32,000 nucleotides of DNA, taken from assembly GCF_002310835.1 (NCBI RefSeq), contig NZ_CP011041.1, positions 270,001-302,000 of the forward strand. The letters are read 5' to 3'. Numbering within the stretch: position 1 is the first letter of the stretch; each line of letters begins with the position of its first letter. This document shows, piece after piece, positions 10,033-18,897 of this stretch. The position numbers were made by a program, and so were the translations under genes. Under the pieces are notes generated by a model. That model saw only the letters and a list, made by a program, of their open reading frames with translations, made no database searches and was not told where the DNA came from. This DNA is from Pseudoalteromonas tetraodonis (GTDB lineage Bacteria > Pseudomonadota > Gammaproteobacteria > Enterobacterales > Alteromonadaceae).

Positions 10033-10045
10033 CATGTGTTTAGCG

Positions 10046-12610
10046 TTATTTTGATTCTGAGCTTATAAGTGTTGAACGTATCGCGCTTTTAAGTGGGTGC
10101 TGTTTGGCAACAAACAAGTTCAAGCCATGCTTATCTAAAAGGGCTCTGAAGTTTAATATTGACGGGCCTTTAGCAATCACTTTAATGTGTTTAAGTTTAG
10201 TGATAGCCAGCAAACCTTGTAGCTGCAAGTCATAGCATTCCTGCTGCAATATTCGTTTACTGAAAGTGGAGCTTAATAGTAAGTAATCAAATTCTATCTC
10301 GGTCACTAAATTAAGCTCGCATTTATCCTTTGCGAAATTATTTAGACCAATAGAGTAGCCCAGCGCTTTAAGCTGTTTTAAGTTTTCTAGTTGCAGCGCA
10401 CTGGCGTAACGTAATTCTTGATCATCAAACAACAAACAAAGTGGATCAATGTTTAATGGCTGCTTTAGTGCAGCAGTTAATAAAGAGAACTCATGCTTTT
10501 CTAAAAGCAGACTTGAGCAAGGCAGAAGAGCAACGCTTATTTCAGAGTCTTTCGCTTGTTGATACGCTTGTAAAATCAGTTGGAGTTCTACTTTTATATG
10601 CTGTTCTTTATCACTTGCAAATTTCTTTAAAATATCAAAACTAGTAAAGCCAAGTACAGGGTGTTCACCAAACGCTTCAAATAATGAGGCATATTGATAA
10701 TGCTCATCCATAGAAATAATATCTGAGCTACGAAACGTCATAGGTAATACATCAAGATGGTGCAATGTTTGTGACTCATGTTGCAGCATTGGCTCTGTGA
10801 GTAACGGGTGAAATAATTCGAAGCGATTTTTACCAGAGTTTTTAGCGTAATACATTGCGGCATCAGCATCTCTAATAATTTCATCTGTATGTTTATAGCT
10901 TTGTTTTGAATAAGTGATACCAATACTCGCGCCGCTTTGCACACAAATACCTTTTGTACAAAAAGGTTTTCGCATGATGTTGATGATTCGATTTGCAACA
11001 TCTTCAGCTTGGTTTGGCTCGGTTAAATGAGTGAGTAAAATTACAAATTCATCTCCCCCTAAGCGTGCTAATAAATCATGCTCACGGATACATTGAGAGA
11101 ACAACTGACCCACGCTAATTAAAAATTCGTCTCCGGCATGGTGCCCAAGCTGGTCGTTTATATCTTTAAATTTATCAAGGTCAATAAACAGTACCGCAAA
11201 GTGCTCATCAGGGTGACGTTGGTAAAACTGTAGCGTTTTTTCTAGCTGCGTTAAAAATAAATTACGATTAGGCAAGCTTGTTAATGAGTCATGGTGCGCA
11301 TCGTGATACAGCTGCTGCTCTATTTTTTTACGCTCATCAATTTGCATCTGTAAATGCAAATTTGCTTGGCTTAGCTCTTTGGTTTTTTCGTTTACTCGAG
11401 AAGCGAGCTCTTGGTGGCTCTTTTTCAGCGCCTGTGAGGCTAATTTTGTTTGTAATACCGTGGCAATTTGATGCGATACAAAGGTTATGAGTTCTGCATC
11501 ATCTTGTGTGAAAAGGTGTTCATTATTATAAGCTTGGCAAACAATTAAACCTATAACTCCTTGCGATGTTTTTAGCGGAGCGCCAAGCCAGCTGGTGGCT
11601 CTTCTAGATTCATCAATTGGTTTTTCACGCTCTACAATGCCACTATCTAATAACTCTTGTGCTCTTTGCGGGTGAATTATTTGTGTTTCTTCGGTGCTGA
11701 TCACCAGCTCACTGTACCCTTTTGCAAAGCGCCTTGGTTGGGTGCTGCCTTGAAATTCGTCAACACTGTAAGGAAAACTAATCCAGCCCGTTTCTTTATC
11801 ATACAAGGCAATATAAAGATTTTTTGCGTAAGTGATGGTTTTTATTATTTCGTGTATTTGAAAATAAGCATCATCTAGGTTTTTAGCTTGAGTTGTCAGC
11901 TCTGAAATTTTAAATAATATTTGCTGGCGTTGCAGGGCGCTTTTTCGCTGTTGTATTTCAACATTTAAAGCATCATTGCTTTGCGTTAATGCACGGGTTC
12001 TTAGTTTTACTTCTGATTCGAGCAACTCTCGTTTCTTAACGCGTTCAATAGCTGTCGCTAAATAAAGTGACATTGCTTCAAGTAGGTTTATTTGTTGCGA
12101 ACTATAACCTTGCTCAGTGTCGTAACTTTGCGCTGCTAATACGCCAATAATATTTTTTTCTTGATAAACTGGAACGCCTACCCAGTGTTCTGCAGGTGTA
12201 CCTAATGCTTTAAATAAGCCTTGCTGTGCAGCATCATGCATTTGTTGCTTAGTGAAATAAGTGGTCTTTCCTTGCTTAAACACATAACCCGTTGCGCCTT
12301 CTTCAAAATTATTCTCCCGATTAAGTGGTACAGAAATTCCATCTTTTTCATCAGAAAAATAAGACAGTTCCAACTGTTGTGATTGCGGCTCAACAAGCAC
12401 CACATAAAAGCTTTTACTCGGGACATACTTTTGTAAAATGTCATGAATAGCTGGGTAAAGTAAGGTTAATTCGGCAACAGTACTTGCTTGCTCTGATAGC
12501 TGTATCAGGGCATTGTGGAGGTGGTAGGCATGTTTGTACTTTTTCAATAGTGCTTTTAGTCGTTTATTTTGGCGCACTACGCTACTCGGTACAATGAGTT
12601 TATCTTCCAA
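10046..12610 (-). CDS. Cytoplasmic GAF-GAF-GGDEF diguanylate cyclase with a degenerate C-terminal EAL-like domain
   Basis: 854 aa. Two GAF-like regions are each followed by a coiled-coil linker. The GGDEF (LARLGGDEFV) is intact and has a canonical I-site, REHD, 5 residues upstream. The C-terminal ~250 aa are EAL-like but have EAF in place of EAL and lack DYLKID-type motifs. The start is TTG 12610 without a clear SD, so it is uncertain (alternative GTG 12577). Confidence 0.8.
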   Translation of the reverse strand: MEDKLIVPSSVVRQNKRLKALLKKYKHAYHLHNALIQLSEQASTVAELTLLYPAIHDILQKYVPSKSFYVVLVEPQSQQLELSYFSDEKDGISVPLNRENNFEEGATGYVFKQGKTTYFTKQQMHDAAQQGLFKALGTPAEHWVGVPVYQEKNIIGVLAAQSYDTEQGYSSQQINLLEAMSLYLATAIERVKKRELLESEVKLRTRALTQSNDALNVEIQQRKSALQRQQILFKISELTTQAKNLDDAYFQIHEIIKTITYAKNLYIALYDKETGWISFPYSVDEFQGSTQPRRFAKGYSELVISTEETQIIHPQRAQELLDSGIVEREKPIDESRRATSWLGAPLKTSQGVIGLIVCQAYNNEHLFTQDDAELITFVSHQIATVLQTKLASQALKKSHQELASRVNEKTKELSQANLHLQMQIDERKKIEQQLYHDAHHDSLTSLPNRNLFLTQLEKTLQFYQRHPDEHFAVLFIDLDKFKDINDQLGHHAGDEFLISVGQLFSQCIREHDLLARLGGDEFVILLTHLTEPNQAEDVANRIINIMRKPFCTKGICVQSGASIGITYSKQSYKHTDEIIRDADAAMYYAKNSGKNRFELFHPLLTEPMLQHESQTLHHLDVLPMTFRSSDIISMDEHYQYASLFEAFGEHPVLGFTSFDILKKFASDKEQHIKVELQLILQAYQQAKDSEISVALLPCSSLLLEKHEFSLLTAALKQPLNIDPLCLLFDDQELRYASALQLENLKQLKALGYSIGLNNFAKDKCELNLVTEIEFDYLLLSSTFSKRILQQECYDLQLQGLLAITKLKHIKVIAKGPSILNFRALLDKHGLNLFVAKQHPLKSAIRSTLISSESK

Positions 12611-12730
12611 TGATGTTTAACCAGTTATAATTTTTTGTATAGTTATTAATCATTATAGTTCCACTTTTAACATTTTGCGTCAAGTAGATATTTATCTTAA
12701 TTATGCTGCGAAAAATCGATAATTAGAAAC

Positions 12731-12757
12731 AAAAAAGGCTTACTGTGAGTAAGCCTT
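12731..12757 (-). terminator. Rho-independent terminator of the cytochrome c5 gene
   Basis: The - strand reads AGGCTTACT-cac-AGTAAGCCT followed by TTTTTTG (the + strand A-run at 12731-12736). Confidence 0.8.
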
Positions 12758-12784
12758 TCATTTATAGTTTTAGCCTGACTGATT

Positions 12785-13177
12785 TTATTTAGCAGTCATA
12801 AAGTCGATTGCTGCGCTTATTTCATCATCAGAACAATCCATACATGTACCACGTGGCGGCATTGCATTGAAGCCGTTGATTGCATGATCTAATAAGGTAT
12901 CTTTTCCTTTAGCAATACGAGGAGCCCAATCGTCAGCTGATTTAGGAGCGCCTAAAGCACCTGTACCATGACAAGCAAAACAGGCCGCTTGATATACTTG
13001 CTCGCCTGAACGAGGCCCTGTTGGTGCAGCAACCGCTACTTTTTCACCTTCAAGGTAAACAGCACCGATAGGCGCTAAACGTTTTTTAATTGCATCTTCA
13101 GTCATAGAGTTATCATATGGCTGTGCGTATGCGGTGGTTGCTAGCACAAGTAATGCTGCAGCTGATAGTTTTTTCAT
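12785..13177 (-). CDS. Cytochrome c5 (monoheme, periplasmic)
   Basis: It has a signal peptide MKKLSAAALLVLATTAYA, a single CFACH heme motif and a downstream Met. The C-terminal Cys pair CMDCSDDE is characteristic of c5-type cytochromes. Confidence 0.85.
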   Translation of the reverse strand: MKKLSAAALLVLATTAYAQPYDNSMTEDAIKKRLAPIGAVYLEGEKVAVAAPTGPRSGEQVYQAACFACHGTGALGAPKSADDWAPRIAKGKDTLLDHAINGFNAMPPRGTCMDCSDDEISAAIDFMTAK

Positions 13178-13400
13178 TTTGCCTTGCCCACTTCAATTTG
13201 AACGTGATCAATCACGATTTTAAATGACGGAATTTAAACCAATTATAACTCCACTAAGTCATTTATAAAATGCTCAGAGTCGATTTTATTTAGAAATACG
13301 ACTAATGATTGTCTTAACTCAATAAAATTACATGGTTTAGCGCATAGTTAAATTATAAAACGGGATCATCACGCCTTTAATGCGATCAAAGCCCTTACGA

Positions 13401-14048
13401 CTAACTCATAGCTAATACGTTACGCACTAACTTATCGATTCCTGCATCTGCATCCATAATAGACTGTGCCAACATATAGGCCGGTGTCGTAACGAGTTTA
13501 TTGCTTTTATCAATAACAATATCATCCACTTTACACTCTACGTGTTCAGCGCCTAATGTGCTAAGAGCCTCGGCTGTGTCGCTATCATTACCAATAGTAA
13601 GCTGAGGTTTATGATAAATAAAAGGCAATAGAGCCGGTGCAATACACATGTAACCCGTGGCTTTTTTTGCATCCGCAAACGCTTTACAAGCGCTAAGTAC
13701 TGCCTCGTTTACTTTAGCGTTAGTGCCATTAATAGCAAAGTCAGATAGATTTTTAGCTACCCCGAAGCCCCCAGGGACAATGAGTGCATCAAATTGTGTA
13801 ACGTCTAATTCAGCGAGTGACTTTATATTGCCACGGGTGATGCGAGCTGATTCAACTAATACATTTCGCGGCTGTGCTATTTCTTCACCAGTGATGTGAT
13901 TAATGGTGTGGTACTGCTCTATATCAGGTGCAAAGCACTGATACTGAGCATTATTTTTTTCAATGTGTAATAAAGTCAGTACCACCTCATTAATTTCACT
14001 ACCATCAAACACACCACAACCTGCTAAAATTACAGCTATATTTTTCAT
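13401..14048 (-). CDS. elbB: ElbB (DJ-1/PfpI-family glyoxalase-like isoprenoid biosynthesis protein)
   Basis: It is collinear with E. coli ElbB (MKKIGVILSGCGVYDGSEIHEAVLTLL..., ALIVPGGFG.AKNLS.FA, VTTPAYMLAQ). ATG 14048 (MKNIAVILAGCG) is preceded by GGAG 9 nt upstream. The track start at 14063 is over-extended. Confidence 0.9.
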   Translation of the reverse strand: MKNIAVILAGCGVFDGSEINEVVLTLLHIEKNNAQYQCFAPDIEQYHTINHITGEEIAQPRNVLVESARITRGNIKSLAELDVTQFDALIVPGGFGVAKNLSDFAINGTNAKVNEAVLSACKAFADAKKATGYMCIAPALLPFIYHKPQLTIGNDSDTAEALSTLGAEHVECKVDDIVIDKSNKLVTTPAYMLAQSIMDADAGIDKLVRNVLAMS

Positions 14049-14199
14049 ATCATTTCGCTCCATTAAAGTCTCTTAAATAAAGTTTAACACGATGAATCAG
14101 CCGATTTAAAAATTTATTTGCTCGTTTTTTAGGCGCAAAGCACGTTGTTATGCGCTATATGCCATTTAGTGATTAGTAGCCATGAAAAAAATTATAAAG

Positions 14200-14219
14200 G
14201 ATCGCTATGATCTTTGATC
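14200..14219. repeat. Cluster of three GATC (Dam-type) sites within 20 bp
   Basis: GATC occurs at 14200-14203, 14209-14212 and 14216-14219. The cluster lies immediately upstream of an extended -10-like TGCTAGAAT (14225-14233). Confidence 0.6.
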
Positions 14220-14303
14220 CATTATGCTAGAATGCTCATCCAGTTATTTAAATGGACGTAAATAATTAAGGTGGGTTATAAAATCAGTGACGGTATAAAT
14301 GCT

Positions 14304-14486
14304 TTTTCCACATTAATAAAAAAATAATAAAAAAGAACCTCGAATTATCTTTTTTTAAACAAAACAATAAATTACAAATTAATCTAGGCATTTCAAGGTG
14401 CTTCGGATGAATTGCTTGTGGGTGTTATCTACATAGTTATCCACAACTTACTAAAAATGTAGCGCGATTACTCACATTAATTCACA
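14304..14486 (+). promoter_or_regulatory. Array of DnaA-box-like 9-mers upstream of polA
   Basis: All boxes are in + orientation. TTTTCCACA at 14304-14312 fits TTWTNCACA. TTATCTACA at 14425-14433 has 1 mismatch. TTATCCACA at 14437-14445 is a perfect consensus. TTACTCACA at 14468-14476 has 1 mismatch. TAATTCACA at 14478-14486 has 1 mismatch. Confidence 0.55.
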
Positions 14487-14558
14487 GTCGTTTTATTTAC
14501 TGCCTTATGGCATGCTTACACTCATATTACTTTTTTGTATTTAGGATCCAATTTTACC

Positions 14559-17294
14559 ATGGCTCAGATCCCCGAAAACCCGCTTATTTTAGTTGATGGC
14601 TCTTCATATTTGTTTCGTGCTTATCATTCACCACCACATCTAACCAACTCTAAGGGTGAGGCCACCGGTGCCATTTATGGCGTGGTAAACATGCTTAAAA
14701 GTTTAATCAAACAATATGATCCCTCACATATGGTGGTGGTATTTGACGCCAAAGGTAAAACCTTCAGAAATGATATGTACAGTGAGTATAAAGCGAACCG
14801 TCCGCCAATGCCTGATGATCTGCGTACTCAAATAGCGCCGCTGCACAGTATTATCAAAGCAATGGGTTTTCCGTTAATTAGTATTGAGGGCGTGGAAGCC
14901 GATGACGTAATCGGTACTTTTGCACGGATTGCCTCTGAGCAACAACGTCATGTGCTGGTATCGACTGGTGATAAAGATATGGCGCAGTTGGTCAATGAGC
15001 ATGTAACCTTGATTAATACCATGACCGACAGCATTTCAGATCCCGAAACTGTGGTTGAAAAGTTTGGTGTTGGACCTGAACTTATTATCGACTATTTAGC
15101 TTTAATGGGCGACAAAGTAGATAATATTCCTGGCGTTGAGGGTTGTGGACCTAAAACAGCGGTTAAATGGTTACAAAAGTACGGATCGCTTCAGGGCGTA
15201 ATTGATAATGCTTCTGATATAAAAGGTAAAATAGGCGAGAAACTGGCAAAAGCGATTGATCATTTACCGTTAAGCTATGAGCTTGCCACTATTAAATGTG
15301 ATGTTGAGGTTGAATCTGATCTTGATACTTTTAAATTACAAACACCGAATAAAGACGAATTAATTGCCTTATACGGTGAATGTGAGTTTCGTCGTTGGCT
15401 AGCTGAATTGCTAGACAACCCAAAAGATGCCGACACACATTTAGCAGTCCCAACGCAAGAGAATGAGCTGCCAAAAGTTGAAGATGCGCACTATGAAACT
15501 ATTTTAACTGAGGCCCAATTTGAGACATTAATAGAACAGCTTAATGAAGCTGAGCTATTTGCTTTTGATACAGAAACAACCAGTTTAGAGTATATGAAAG
15601 CGCAATTGGTCGGTATGAGCTTTGCGGTTAAAGCAGGGGAAGCGGCTTATTTACCAATAGCACACGATTACCCCGGTGCGCCCGAGCAGTTAAGCCTTGA
15701 ATTTGTGATGCAAAAGTTGGGGCCGATATTAGCAGACGAAAATAAAGCTAAAGTAGGTCAAAATCTAAAATACGATAAAAGCGTGCTTGCCAATGCAGGC
15801 TATGAATTAAATGGTATTAAGTTCGACACTATGTTGGAGTCTTATGTATTTAATAGCGTAGGCACCCGTCATGATATGGACTCGTTGGCGCTTAAATATT
15901 TAGGCCACAAAAATATTAGCTTTGAAGATATTGCAGGTAAAGGTAAAAAGCAGCTTACATTTAATCAAATAGAACTTGAAAAAGCAGCGCCTTATGCCGC
16001 TGAAGATGCCGATATTACTTTGCGTTTGCACCAAGTGTTATGGCCGAAACTTGAAGCGGATGAAAAACTAAAATCGGTGTTTGAAGATATAGAAATGCCA
16101 CTAGTAAGTGTTATTTCTGATATTGAGCGCACCGGTGTTGCTATCGACAGCAACATGTTGGCCACGCATAGCCAACGTTTAGGTGAGCGATTACTTGAGC
16201 TTGAAAAAGAAGCGTTTGAAATCGCGGGCGAACCGTTTAACTTAAGCTCACCAAAGCAACTACAGGTGCTGTTATTTGAAAAGCTCGAATTGCCCGTTAT
16301 CAAAAAAACACCTAAAGGCGCGCCCTCTACAGCAGAAGAAGTACTACAAGAGTTAGCGCATGATTACCCATTGCCTAAAGTGATTATTGAGCATCGTGGT
16401 TTATCTAAGCTCAAATCAACCTACACCGATAAGTTACCCTTGATAGTCAATGAACGCACGCAGCGAGTGCATACTTCTTATCACCAAGCGGTAACAGCAA
16501 CAGGTCGATTAAGCTCAAGCGATCCTAATTTACAAAATATTCCTATTCGTTCAGAGGAAGGGCGTCGTATTCGTGAAGCGTTTATTGCCGCAGATGGGTA
16601 TAAAATTGTGGCTGCCGATTACAGCCAAATAGAACTGCGTATTATGGCGCATCTCTCGCAAGATAAGGGATTACTAAGCGCATTTGCTAATGGCTTAGAT
16701 GTTCACAGTGCCACGGCTGCTGAAGTATTTGGGGTTGAGCTTGAAGAGGTAACATCAGATATGCGCCGTAAAGCTAAAGCGGTAAACTTTGGCTTAATTT
16801 ATGGCATGTCAGCATTTGGCTTAGCACGTCAACTTGATGTACCACGCCATGAAGCGCAGCATTATATTGATAAATATTTTGAGCGTTTTCCAGGTGTTTT
16901 AGAATACATGGAAACAACGCGTGAGAAAGCGGCCGAAAATGGCTATGTAGAAACAATTTTTGGCCGTCGCTTACATTTACCAGAAATAAATGCGCGCAAT
17001 GGCGCTCGTCGCAAAGGCGCTGAGCGCGCAGCAATTAATGCACCGATGCAAGGCACTGCGGCTGATATTATTAAAAAAGCGATGTTAAGCGTGCATGCTT
17101 GGGTTAATCAGCAAGCACCTAATACAGTTAAGCTGCTCATGCAGGTACACGATGAATTGGTATTTGAGATTAAAACAGAATGTACTGAGCAATATACCAA
17201 ACAGATTTGTGAGCTGATGTCACAAGCGGCGCAGTTAGATGTACCACTTATTGTTGAAGCTGACGAAGGTGATAACTGGGAACAAGCACACTAA
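14559..17294 (+). CDS. polA: DNA polymerase I
   Basis: 911 aa. [23 protein letters not shown] aligns with the E. coli PolA N-terminus ([23 protein letters not shown]). It has the 5'-nuclease, 3'-5' exonuclease (FDTETTSL) and polymerase motifs ([21 protein letters not shown]). The track start TTG 14535 is over-extended. Confidence 0.97.
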   Translation: [911 protein letters not shown]

Positions 17295-17353
17295 TTTAGC
17301 GCTACTGTACTGGTTTTAATATAGGCCAAATACAGAGTCAAAAAAGAGAATCA

Positions 17354-17375
17354 TAAAGCGCCGCTAGGCGCTTTT
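17354..17375 (+). terminator. Rho-independent terminator of polA
   Basis: AGCGCC (17356-17361), loop GCTA, GGCGCT (17366-17371), followed by TTTT. Confidence 0.8.
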
Positions 17376-17507
17376 TCTTTATCTTGCAGGTTAAAAAAAA
17401 GTTAAATTAAACAGCAGTTTGTATTAAATCGTTAGAGGTTCGTCAATTCGCTACGATTATCAATAATATGCTTGTATTTTTACACTTGCTTTTGGTAAAG
17501 TGCCGCC

Positions 17508-17621
17508 CGTCCTCATCCTGTAGGACATCCTGTTGATGATGCATCGTAAGATGCAACGTATTAATAGCTTCTCCCCAGTTTGCTATATCGGCCTATCATA
17601 TATTTGATGGGCCGTTTTTTT
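17508..17621 (+). ncRNA. Candidate small RNA (~115 nt) downstream of polA, at the spf-syntenic position but not recognisably Spot 42
   Basis: A putative sigma70 promoter is TTGTAT (17472-17477), 18-nt spacer, TAAAGT (17496-17501). Hairpins are GTCCT/AGGAC (17509-17526) and TGCATC-GTAA-GATGCA (17540-17555). A strong terminator is CGGCCTATCA (17589-17598)/TGATGGGCCG (17605-17614) plus T7 (17615-17621). The 5' end is inferred only. Confidence 0.55.
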
Positions 17622-17794
17622 ATTGTCTTGCATCCAAGCGTTAAATTTATTCTCTAATTGCACTTAGCGTTTCAAGTGATACCATCAGTCTACTTAGCAT
17701 TTTCGATTTACCACACAGTAACTAATGATTTTCAGCTGGGCTGATCAAAGTATTATTTTTACCGGTATAAGTCTTTTTATTTTAGGAGTGCATT

Positions 17795-18382
17795 ATGTTT
17801 AAAACGTTAGCTATCGCAGGTTTATCTTTATCATGTTTACTAGTTTCAGGTGCTGCATCGGCAAACTGGCAACTATTGAACGATAAAAGCCAATTAAGTT
17901 TTGTATCAATTAAAAAAAATAGCATTGCTGAAGCAAGTCACTTTACTCAGTTAGCTGGGCAGCTGAGCGATCAGGGTCAATTTAGCGTAAACGTTGATTT
18001 AACCTCAGCCGAAACCTTTATCCCTATCCGTAACGAACGTTTAAGTAAGATATTGTTTGAGTCTGACACGTTTGCAAACGCAGTATTAACCGCTGACTTA
18101 TCTGATAAGTTGTCACTTATTAAGCAACCAGGGCAGTACGTATTAAAAGGTATTAGCGCTGAGCTAGACTTTCATGGTCATAAAAAGCCACTTGCTGTTG
18201 ATGTACTCGTAAGCAGTGCGGCCAATGGAGATTTAAGTGTGGCATCATTCACTCCTATCATTATCAACAGTGATGACTTTAAGATCACCGAAGGGGTAAT
18301 GCAGTTACAAAAATTAGCCGGATTACCTTCAATTGCTACTGCCGTGCCAGTTACTTTTGCACTGACATTTAAAAAACAGTGA
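17795..18382 (+). CDS. YceI-like periplasmic (polyisoprenoid-binding fold) protein
   Basis: It has a signal peptide MFKTLAIAGLSLSCLLVSGAASA and a YceI-like pattern (W.L...S.LSFVS.K., IPIRNERL...LFESD.F..A). An SD AGGAG precedes the ATG. Confidence 0.6.
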   Translation: MFKTLAIAGLSLSCLLVSGAASANWQLLNDKSQLSFVSIKKNSIAEASHFTQLAGQLSDQGQFSVNVDLTSAETFIPIRNERLSKILFESDTFANAVLTADLSDKLSLIKQPGQYVLKGISAELDFHGHKKPLAVDVLVSSAANGDLSVASFTPIIINSDDFKITEGVMQLQKLAGLPSIATAVPVTFALTFKKQ

Positions 18383-18897
18383 TTTCACTTAACGAGCTTA
18401 GCAAGCAACTCAGCGAGCCAAGCAAACCTTTTGAACAATGGCAGCCCGCTCACTGCGGGCAGTTACCATTATTGATTGATGAGCAAGGTAAATGGTTTTA
18501 CGCAGGTAGTGAAATTACCCGTCAATCAATGGTGAAACTTTTTGCCAGTGTATTATGCAACGAAGATGGGCAGTTTTACTTAAAAACACCCGTAGAAAAA
18601 ATCGCGATTGAGGTGAAGGATGCGCCTTTTATTATTGTAAATTGGCATAGTGAAAAGACATCAGAGGGAAGTGTTATTTGTTGTATTGATAACTTAAACC
18701 GCACATGGCTATTAAGTCGTTCTGAGTCACTTTATATCAATGACTACAAAGGTGCGGCTGTGCCTTATATGCAGTTACCCTACGGCTGCTTTGCGCGAGT
18801 TGCGCGAAATGTGTTTTATCAGTGGGCTGAAATAGCCGAAACAGATGAGCTCGGCTATTTTATTACCTCCGCACAGCAGAAATTTTACTTACAGTAA
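18379..18897 (+). CDS. DUF1285-family protein
   Basis: 172 aa. The GTG start overlaps the yceI-like stop (GTGA). The pattern ..IDEQGKWFYAGSEITRQSMVKLFASVL...DGQFYLKTPVEKI.IEV.DAPF is typical of DUF1285 as I recall it. Confidence 0.6.
   Translation: MISLNELSKQLSEPSKPFEQWQPAHCGQLPLLIDEQGKWFYAGSEITRQSMVKLFASVLCNEDGQFYLKTPVEKIAIEVKDAPFIIVNWHSEKTSEGSVICCIDNLNRTWLLSRSESLYINDYKGAAVPYMQLPYGCFARVARNVFYQWAEIAETDELGYFITSAQQKFYLQ

Noticed and set aside
14200-14486. The GATC cluster, AT-rich tract and DnaA boxes read as the chromosomal replication origin (oriC).
   Set aside because: I could not identify repeated 13-mer-type DUE elements, there are only three clustered GATCs, and the flanking genes (elbB, polA) are not the usual oriC neighbours (gidA/mioC/dnaA). 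I kept it as a regulatory or DnaA-binding locus finding instead.
17508-17621. Calling this sRNA candidate spf (Spot 42) outright.
   Set aside because: Only the genomic position and length match. The conserved Spot 42 5' region (GTAGGGTACAGAGGTAAGATGTTCTATCTTTCAGACC...) has no visible counterpart beyond a chance GTAAGATG 8-mer. A covariance-model search is needed.
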